Source: a virus. From it: a stretch of 64,000 nt of DNA. The stretch is from positions 32,001 to 96,000 of IMG/VR virus record IMGVR_UViG_3300037467_001050; one strand, given 5' to 3'. Position 1 is the first letter of the stretch. Each line of letters opens with the position of its first letter. Both the position numbers and the translations under genes were made by a program. Below, in pieces: positions 54,614-64,000 of the stretch. The notes beneath the pieces were generated by a model. That model did no database searches and had not been told where the DNA came from. It was given only the letters and a program-made list of their open reading frames with translations.

Positions 54614-54650
54614 GTCCTCCCTGGTATGGCGGAAATCCCAGAAATCGAAC

Positions 54651-54884
54651 TCACCGAGGATGGTCGGGGCACAGGTCGCCCGCGCAGTCGGGCGAAATGC
54701 ACATGGACGGGCAGCGGCAGAAGTTGTCGGCCGGCAGGTCGCCCTTCTTCCGAGCGTAGGCCTCCTCGCGCATGTCATCGAAGGCCTCCTTGCACGTCGC
54801 TGAGCACCACGATCCGACGAAGCTCTCGCTGTCGTAGGCCTGCCCGTGGATTTCGCACTTGCAGTTCACGCAGACGTTCGACAC
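54651..54884 (-). CDS. Cys-rich small protein
   Basis: Ten Cys in 77 aa; GAGGAG RBS. Confidence 0.6.
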   Translation of the reverse strand: MSNVCVNCKCEIHGQAYDSESFVGSWCSATCKEAFDDMREEAYARKKGDLPADNFCRCPSMCISPDCAGDLCPDHPR

Positions 54885-54889
54885 TGCCG

Positions 54890-55033
54890 CTACTCCTCAC
54901 CATCCGGCACGTAGCCGAGCAGGGCAGCCGCGTTGTCGGAGACGATCTCGACGGTCTCCGTCCCGTCGGGCCACTGGATGGTGAGCGCCCAGTCGCCGGT
55001 CAGCGTATTCGCGGCCTCGATGATCTTGTGCAT
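54890..55033 (-). CDS. small hypothetical protein (47 aa)
   Basis: Translated by hand; GAGGAG RBS. Confidence 0.55.
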   Translation of the reverse strand: MHKIIEAANTLTGDWALTIQWPDGTETVEIVSDNAAALLGYVPDGEE

Positions 55034-55056
55034 GGTCAGCTCTCCTCTCGGCCTGC

Positions 55057-58476
<3,420 letters not shown>

Positions 58477-58489
58477 AGGGATCCTTGGT

Positions 58490-58696
58490 TCAGGCTGCTT
58501 GCTGGGTTTCGCGCTCGATGATGCGGGCCACGAGCGCCTCATCGAGGTCCGAGGCCGGCTCGGCGCCGATCTCGATCCTCTGCTCGTCCTCGTCCCAGAC
58601 GAGGATCGGCACCATGTCGATGCCGAAGATTTTCTTGACCTTGTCGACGTAGGCGTCGGCGATGCGCTTGGCCCGGCCCTTCGTGTCGTAGTTCAT
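58490..58696 (-). CDS. hypothetical protein (start uncertain)
   Basis: 3' part of ORF 58490..58825. Confidence 0.5.
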   Translation of the reverse strand: MNYDTKGRAKRIADAYVDKVKKIFGIDMVPILVWDEDEQRIEIGAEPASDLDEALVARIIERETQQAA

Positions 58697-58755
58697 CGGC
58701 AGGCCCTCGAGGTAGGACACCTGCCGAGCACACTCCCTGGCGAGGCCCGTGAGCG

Positions 58756-59007
58756 TCAGGTCGTGGGAGGCCAGTCGACGTGGATTTGGTTCAACTCCAT
58801 TGCCTCCCGCAGGTACTGGATCCACTGCTCGTCACGCTCCCTGAGACGGGCCTGGATCAGCTGCTCCACGGCCTCGGTGATGGCCTCTGCGGCCTCGATG
58901 GAGAAGGGCGCCACGCCGAATGGCGACCGAGACTGAAGAAGGGTTCGCGAGAGAGCGCGAGCCCGTCGGAACGCCTCGGTGGCGGCATGTGCAAGCAGGC
59001 TGGCCAT
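58756..59007 (-). CDS. hypothetical protein
   Basis: Directly downstream of a motif copy. Confidence 0.55.
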   Translation of the reverse strand: MASLLAHAATEAFRRARALSRTLLQSRSPFGVAPFSIEAAEAITEAVEQLIQARLRERDEQWIQYLREAMELNQIHVDWPPTT

Positions 59008-59046
59008 TTGCATTTTATTACTTGCATTCCTGCAAACGCGCAAGCG

Positions 59047-59358
59047 TCAAGCAGCGTTCCGTGCTGAGAGGCCGTGCTCTTCGCGCCACGCCCGGGCCTT
59101 GGGCAGGAGATCCTTGTCGATCACCTTCTCCTCGTCGGGCTCGAGCATGGCCTGGACGAGCAGCGCGTCCGCCAACCTCGATTGGCAGACCTCGTTTTTC
59201 GTCGGGACGCAGCCCTGTGTCATGTCGGCTCGGATCTCGAAGAGCTCGGCCTCCTCGCCGAACACGGCCGCGATCTGTTCCCGCGGAAGACTAGCTTCCA
59301 ACCCACACTTCGTGCAGACGATCCTCACTTCGGGGAGCGGCCAGTCCTTCAAATTCAT
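59047..59358 (-). CDS. Zn-binding hypothetical protein
   Basis: CTKC plus two further Cys. Confidence 0.65.
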   Translation of the reverse strand: MNLKDWPLPEVRIVCTKCGLEASLPREQIAAVFGEEAELFEIRADMTQGCVPTKNEVCQSRLADALLVQAMLEPDEEKVIDKDLLPKARAWREEHGLSARNAA

Positions 59359-59575
59359 CGATCGCCCTCACCAGCATGTCGAAAATCTTCGGGTCGTAGA
59401 CCCACTCGCCGCCCTGTCCGCGCCACCGGCGCCGGGACCGCCGGGACAGCTTCATCCACGGCGGGGTCTGGCGGCTGTCGAGCAGCCGGCGAACCAGGTA
59501 CCGGACGTTGAATTCCTTCCACATCCGGTCGCTGACCAGGAGGGTTTTTTCGCCCCAGATCTTCAGCTCGGTCAT
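59291..59575 (-). CDS. basic hypothetical protein
   Basis: ATGA-coupled to the deaminase; overlaps next gene. Confidence 0.5.
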   Translation of the reverse strand: MTELKIWGEKTLLVSDRMWKEFNVRYLVRRLLDSRQTPPWMKLSRRSRRRWRGQGGEWVYDPKIFDMLVRAIDEFEGLAAPRSEDRLHEVWVGS

Positions 59576-60147
59576 GCTGCGCACCCGCAGGCGGCGGCCG
59601 GCGCGTCGTCGTTCGTGGCGCCCTGCTCGTACCAGAGATCGTCCGGGGTCAGGACCGGCTTGAAGGTCCCGAGATGGCCGTCGTAGAGGTCGATGACGAT
59701 GCCTGCCTTGAGCATGTTCATCGCCGCCCAGCGCATGTTCTGAGCCCAGCGCAGGGGCACCATGTTGTTGTGGGCCACGACCCGGGTGATCTTCTTCTGG
59801 ATGATCTCCGAGGCGCAGTTGCAGCACGGGGGCAGACCGGAAACGTAGATCGTGTGCCCGGCGAGGCTCTGGTCCTTCGCGAAGCCAATCGCGTTCTCCT
59901 CCGCGTGCCGGACTGTGGCGATCTTGTAGTCGCGGTCTTGGTACAGCTCGGGAGCGTCGGACAGACCCTGCGGGAAGCCGTTGAAACCGATCGAGGCCAG
60001 CGTGCGGTCCGGGCGCACGAGGACGGCGCCGATCTTCGAGGACGGATCTTTCGACCAGCTGCCGACCAGCCGGGCCATTTCCAGGAAGCGCAGATCCCAC
60101 TTCGGATCCGCATCGGGCAGGATCAGGAACTTGGCGAGGTCCAGCAT
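59572..60147 (-). CDS. dCMP deaminase family protein
   Basis: SKDPSSKIGA, GFNGFP, HAEEN, PCCNC. Confidence 0.92.
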   Translation of the reverse strand: MLDLAKFLILPDADPKWDLRFLEMARLVGSWSKDPSSKIGAVLVRPDRTLASIGFNGFPQGLSDAPELYQDRDYKIATVRHAEENAIGFAKDQSLAGHTIYVSGLPPCCNCASEIIQKKITRVVAHNNMVPLRWAQNMRWAAMNMLKAGIVIDLYDGHLGTFKPVLTPDDLWYEQGATNDDAPAAACGCAA

Positions 60148-60149
60148 GG

Positions 60150-60593
60150 TCAGGCTCCGATGAGCGTCATCTGATCGGGATGGGTGGACGTGCGGCGTGA
60201 GGCACGGCGCGCGACGATCTCGCGGCTCTCTGCGAGCCTCTGCAGATCCAGCCGGGCGGATTGCTGCGGCTGGCTGCGCCTGCGGACTCGGGTGCAGCCC
60301 CTCGCCAGGACGCGGGTGCCGCGCAGACCTAAGGGCTCCATCACCAGCCGGAGGTTGGCCGGCTTCCACTCCTTGCCGCTCTGGGTCCGGTAGCCGAGCT
60401 CGTTGATGATCGCCGTGATCTGCCGGTAGGTCATTCCGGGCTTGTGGTGGTGCTTGAGCGCCTGCTCCAGCGTCATCGGCTTCCGCTGGCGCGGGGGAGG
60501 GGGCTCATGAACGGGCTCTGCGGGCTGCTGGATCGGTGCGCGTGACGGCGCCTCGATCGCTCTGACGACGGCCTTGAGGATGCGACGGAGCAA
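60150..60593 (-). CDS. stand-alone Recombinase-type DNA-binding domain protein
   Basis: TYRQITAIINELGYRTQSGKEWKPANL; no catalytic resolvase domain. Confidence 0.7.
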   Translation of the reverse strand: MLRRILKAVVRAIEAPSRAPIQQPAEPVHEPPPPRQRKPMTLEQALKHHHKPGMTYRQITAIINELGYRTQSGKEWKPANLRLVMEPLGLRGTRVLARGCTRVRRRSQPQQSARLDLQRLAESREIVARRASRRTSTHPDQMTLIGA

Positions 60594-60595
60594 GA

Positions 60596-61282
60596 TCAGG
60601 CTTCCTTTCCGGTTGCGTGGTTGTAGCCGCTGGAGTCGATGCAGGCGGGCAGCTTGGTGACCCGCCCGGCAGCGATGACCTCGGCGATCAGGTCCTGCTC
60701 GGTCTTGCCGGCGGGTGGTGGCGGGAGAGAGCGCTTCCGCCGGGTCGGGATGGTGCCGAAGTTCTCGACGAAGCTGCCCTTGGCAGGCGGGGAGGCATCG
60801 GGCGTCCGCATCGAGCGGAACGAGCCGCCCGAGCTCTTCAGGCCCAGCCGGTCGAAGGTCTTCACGAGTGTGGCGGCATAGAACTTGCCGCCACGTTCGG
60901 TCTTGATCCCGCGGTTGTTCAGCTCGGTGGCGATGCCATTGAGGGTCGTGGTCCCGCCCTCGAAGATCTCGATGATCGTGGCGTCGAGCGGATCCGGGGC
61001 CGGCGGCGCCTCCGGGAGGCGCTCTTCGATTTCAGCCTCAGGGGTCGGTTCGACTGCTGCGGGCAGGATCGCTGCAGCTGGAGAGAGCAGGATCTTCGGT
61101 TCGAGCTTCACCTGGGTCAGGGCTGCGAGCGGCTTCATCCACTCCGGAAGCTCTCCGGTTGCCGGCTCGTAGTCGGGTTCGCGCGTCTCGCCGAGGCCGT
61201 CCGCGATGCGCTCCAGGGCGTCAGCGATGCGCCCGACATTGGCGAAGAAGGGTGTCAGATCCACCGCCGTCCCCATTAGCAT
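60596..61282 (-). CDS. Recombinase-type DNA-binding domain protein with extra N- and C-terminal regions
   Basis: TLNGIATELNNRGIKTERGGKFYAATL. Confidence 0.7.
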   Translation of the reverse strand: MLMGTAVDLTPFFANVGRIADALERIADGLGETREPDYEPATGELPEWMKPLAALTQVKLEPKILLSPAAAILPAAVEPTPEAEIEERLPEAPPAPDPLDATIIEIFEGGTTTLNGIATELNNRGIKTERGGKFYAATLVKTFDRLGLKSSGGSFRSMRTPDASPPAKGSFVENFGTIPTRRKRSLPPPPAGKTEQDLIAEVIAAGRVTKLPACIDSSGYNHATGKEA

Positions 61283-61298
61283 TTTAGATCATAAGCCG

Positions 61299-61709
61299 TT
61301 AGCATTCCTGCAAGCGTTCGACAAGGCCTGTATGGTCGACGGTCAGAACCTCCATCCTCGCGCGTTGAGCGCGCTCGATCATGTCGGCCGTTCCTTCGTT
61401 ACCAGGAAGGGCCACCAGCGCGCCGGGCCTCCAGCGGGTGATCATGGCCTGGTTGCGCATCCGACCAGCCATCGCCCGACCCCAGCGCGCCCAGTCCGCC
61501 GGCATGGTCTCGTAGGGCACGCCGCGGGCGATCGCCCATTGCAGCCCCCACCAGTCCCCGCCACCGACGGTCTTGCCCTTCACCCGGCTGCGCTGTCCGC
61601 CCTCGATCACGCCGCAGATGCCGCCCAGCATCACGTCGGCCTGATCGAGAGCCCGCATCGCCATCTCGCCATCGGTGAAGTCGCGCCCGCCGGCGACGAT
61701 GGTGATCAT
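61299..61709 (-). CDS. SLOG-superfamily protein (DUF2493/YspA-like)
   Basis: IVAGGRDF, IEGG, GGD, ADW, RNQAM, PGNEGTADM. Confidence 0.85.
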   Translation of the reverse strand: MITIVAGGRDFTDGEMAMRALDQADVMLGGICGVIEGGQRSRVKGKTVGGGDWWGLQWAIARGVPYETMPADWARWGRAMAGRMRNQAMITRWRPGALVALPGNEGTADMIERAQRARMEVLTVDHTGLVERLQEC

Positions 61710-62125
61710 CGCCAGTTCATGTCGGAGAATGAGACCCGCATCTGCAGCTGGTCGTCGTTCTGTATGCTTGCAGCGGACGCTGGGTCCAGGAGCCACCCAG
61801 CGAGCCGAGCGCGATCCTCGACATCCCAGATGAGCCATCGGCGCTGCTCGTGCTGATACAGCCCGTCGCGACCATAGCCGTCCGGCGTGGTGACATAAAA
61901 GTCGCCAGCGACGTGATCCGGGCCCGGCTTCCAGAAAGCGCCGAAGGTGTCGGAGCTGCGCAGCTGCGGCATCAACTCGGCAACGACGAAGTCGTTCGGC
62001 TCGCCGTGCTCGGGTAGGAAGCCGCCTAGGATCTGGAGGCCATCATGGATGTTCCCGCCGCCCAACTCCTGGAAGATCGTCCCGACCGGCAGCGTCTTGA
62101 ACTCGGCCCAGCTGACGACCCGCAT
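61706..62125 (-). CDS. hypothetical protein
   Basis: Coupled ORF. Confidence 0.65.
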   Translation of the reverse strand: MRVVSWAEFKTLPVGTIFQELGGGNIHDGLQILGGFLPEHGEPNDFVVAELMPQLRSSDTFGAFWKPGPDHVAGDFYVTTPDGYGRDGLYQHEQRRWLIWDVEDRARLAGWLLDPASAASIQNDDQLQMRVSFSDMNWR

Positions 62126-62424
62126 CAGTTCGGCCTCCGCTGCTGATTGTTTAGCTCGGCCGACAGCTCCCGCATCAGCCGGACTGCCTCGCTGCTGAAG
62201 CCAGGCCTGCCGGTCTCGGAGCGCTTGATCAGACCCACCAGCATCGCCTGCAGGGCCATTGCCTGCATCTCGTCGATCTCGACCGGGTGCGTCTTGAAGG
62301 GTGTCCGCAGGCCCTCGATCGTCTGCGCCGCATCGGGCTTGCCCAGCTGCAGAGCCGAGTTGGAGATCATGCCGAGCAGGTCGTCGAACAGAGCGGCGTC
62401 GGTGGCCTTCATCGTGATCTTCAT
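62125..62424 (-). CDS. hypothetical protein
   Basis: GGAG RBS. Confidence 0.6.
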   Translation of the reverse strand: MKITMKATDAALFDDLLGMISNSALQLGKPDAAQTIEGLRTPFKTHPVEIDEMQAMALQAMLVGLIKRSETGRPGFSSEAVRLMRELSAELNNQQRRPN

Positions 62425-62428
62425 GGGG

Positions 62429-62821
62429 TCACTCCAGGATGCACCGCCACTCGGGCGGCAGGATGCAGTTGTCGGACGCGCCACGGAACAGCGGCGCGAT
62501 CTGGTCATGGGTGTAGCCGGCAAGCCCGGTACCGATCGGGGTCACCTTGAACAGCAGGTTCGGATGGCTCTCTGCGAAGAGCAGGAAGCGGACGACATGC
62601 CACTCGATCTCCCACAATGGGAGGGTAGTCAGTGGGCCGGTCCGGCCTCCGCGCTTGGTCGGGATGGCGTAGCTGAAGCCCTGAAGGCCCTCGTCCTGCC
62701 CGTAGATTGCCCCGTGGTTCTGGACAGCGAAAAGGGCAGCGCCCTTGCCGTGTCTCCCGTGGGGCTTGTTCGAGCCGAAGACGAATATGTCGCGTCCGAC
62801 GTGCCCGTAGTCGGAGTTCAC
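62429..62821 (-). CDS. A1S_2505-like phage protein (macrodomain-related candidate)
   Basis: IFVFGSN, HGKGAA, SYAIPT, FKVTPIGTGLAGY. Confidence 0.8.
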   Translation of the reverse strand: MNSDYGHVGRDIFVFGSNKPHGRHGKGAALFAVQNHGAIYGQDEGLQGFSYAIPTKRGGRTGPLTTLPLWEIEWHVVRFLLFAESHPNLLFKVTPIGTGLAGYTHDQIAPLFRGASDNCILPPEWRCILE

Positions 62822-63660
62822 TGGACGACGCCGACTGTCGCTTCCTCGGTTTCAGGGTTGGCGGCGTCGAACACCACCGCTACCCGGTTCTTCACCGTCA
62901 CGAATGGCGGCATCTCGAGGCAGGCCACATCCGAGCGCATCAGCTTGGCGCCAGGCTCAGGCCGGAACTTCTCCGGGATCGCAGCCCGCTCCTCCTCCGT
63001 CAGCTCCCGCTCGCCTGAAACGCGCCGCAGGTAGGTCCCGCGCTTGAAGAAGACGGGATAGGCATCGAAGTCGACACCGGCCTCTCTGAGCATCGCGCGC
63101 ATGCCATCGACCGAAACACCGTGCAGCTGCTTCGCCGAGAAGTGGTGAAAGGCCGCCATGCTGACGGCGTTGCGGGTCGCATCGAACTCGCGCCACAGGA
63201 AGGCGTTCGCACCTTCCTCGCGGCTCGGCAGGTTGAAGACGCGGGCATCGAAGTGCGGCAGGCGACTGGCGTAGGCAGCGAACTCGGGGTCGTGGAAGGT
63301 TGCCACTGTCCGGCCGAATGACGCGGTCGCCAACCCGGCGAGCACCGAGCACAGCTTCTGCACCTTGGCGTCGAAGAACATCTGCGAGCCCGGCACGTCG
63401 GCAGGAACGTGCCAGATCAACGAGATCTCGTCGGACTGGGTGTAGCCGAGCCGCGCGCCTGCCTCCCTGATCAGGTGGCGGGTGGTCTCCCGCATGGCGA
63501 ATGACATGCGCTCGTCGAAGGGCCGGCGCATCCCGCGCGTGAACCGCGAGAAGCCGCGCCCATCGATGCGGGCGTAGACGGGCAGGTGCGGGTCGAGGCG
63601 GCGGCCGGTCTCGACGGCCTCGTACCCCTTCAGTCGATCCCCAAACGGATCCTTGCTCAC
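62818..63660 (-). CDS. tRNA-His guanylyltransferase-like protein (Thg1-like, 3'-5' polymerase)
   Basis: ARIDGRGFS, YTQSDEISL, HFDARVF, FLWREFDATRN, FKRGT. Confidence 0.9.
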   Translation of the reverse strand: MSKDPFGDRLKGYEAVETGRRLDPHLPVYARIDGRGFSRFTRGMRRPFDERMSFAMRETTRHLIREAGARLGYTQSDEISLIWHVPADVPGSQMFFDAKVQKLCSVLAGLATASFGRTVATFHDPEFAAYASRLPHFDARVFNLPSREEGANAFLWREFDATRNAVSMAAFHHFSAKQLHGVSVDGMRAMLREAGVDFDAYPVFFKRGTYLRRVSGERELTEEERAAIPEKFRPEPGAKLMRSDVACLEMPPFVTVKNRVAVVFDAANPETEEATVGVVQ

Positions 63661-64000
63661 GCTGCCTTCTCCATACCAAGAGCCAATCGGATGATTGAGA
63701 TTGCCTCGCGCATCTTCGCAGGCGTCAGCTGCACCGGCCCGTTCGTGCTTGGGTGTGGCGTCAGGTACGCCAATGCGCGTTCAAGCTCGCTGCGATCAGG
63801 CGGACCTTCAGGGAACATCTCGTCAGGGCTCGCCAGCTTCCCGTCCTGATCGAACAGGAGGAAGTTGCCATTGCGGGTGTCGACGCGCAGCTGCACGTAC
63901 TTGAACCGCCACGGTCCGGAGACCCAATGGTAACGGCGCAGGCGCTCGATGAATGACGGCAGGTTCCGATACCAGCGGTTGAGCCGGATCCCATTGTTCG
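63657..64000 (-). CDS. hypothetical protein, 5' end outside the window
   Basis: Frame of ORF 63657..63896 is open to the window edge. Confidence 0.6.
   Translation of the reverse strand, partial: NNGIRLNRWYRNLPSFIERLRRYHWVSGPWRFKYVQLRVDTRNGNFLLFDQDGKLASPDEMFPEGPPDRSELERALAYLTPHPSTNGPVQLTPAKMREAISIIRLALGMEKAA

Noticed and set aside
60150-61282. Integrase or evidence of lysogeny
   Set aside because: Only the DNA-binding domain is present; no catalytic domain, att site or host flank is seen.

Overview
The whole window is tailed dsDNA phage DNA, high GC, with no host housekeeping genes and no integrase. The host is probably a Rhizobiales-type alphaproteobacterium (inferred from the DnaE and tRNA sequence style). 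There are two transcriptional arms. A rightward arm (3.3-51.0 kb) carries small accessory genes, a frameshifted phoH, terS/terL/portal, an RNA island, scaffold/capsid, Mu-like neck genes, a P2-like baseplate and contractile tail, three paralogous receptor-binding proteins, sheath/tube/chaperone with a -1 frameshift, a tape measure with two wall-lytic domains, a GH19 endolysin with spanins, and nucleotide-metabolism genes with an HNH-AP2 endonuclease. A leftward arm (2.3 kb to the left edge, and 64.0 to 51.0 kb) carries a Thg1-like protein, SLOG and A1S_2505-like proteins, two stand-alone Recombinase-domain proteins, dCMP deaminase, a full dnaE and many small ORFs. Most unusual: (1) the 13.5-15.1 kb RNA island, where two normal tRNAs sit beside three tRNA-like genes with rebuilt anticodon arms, a mismatched CAT tRNA and a ~180-nt structured RNA, in a phage that also encodes a tRNA 3'-5' polymerase; (2) a 14-bp operator-like element TTGCA-GGAA-TGCAA in about 12 copies, always oriented with transcription; (3) a second palindrome, TTCCACC-N4-GGTGGAA, confined to the leftmost 2.5 kb. 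All RNA folds and protein family calls were made by eye; no searches were run.
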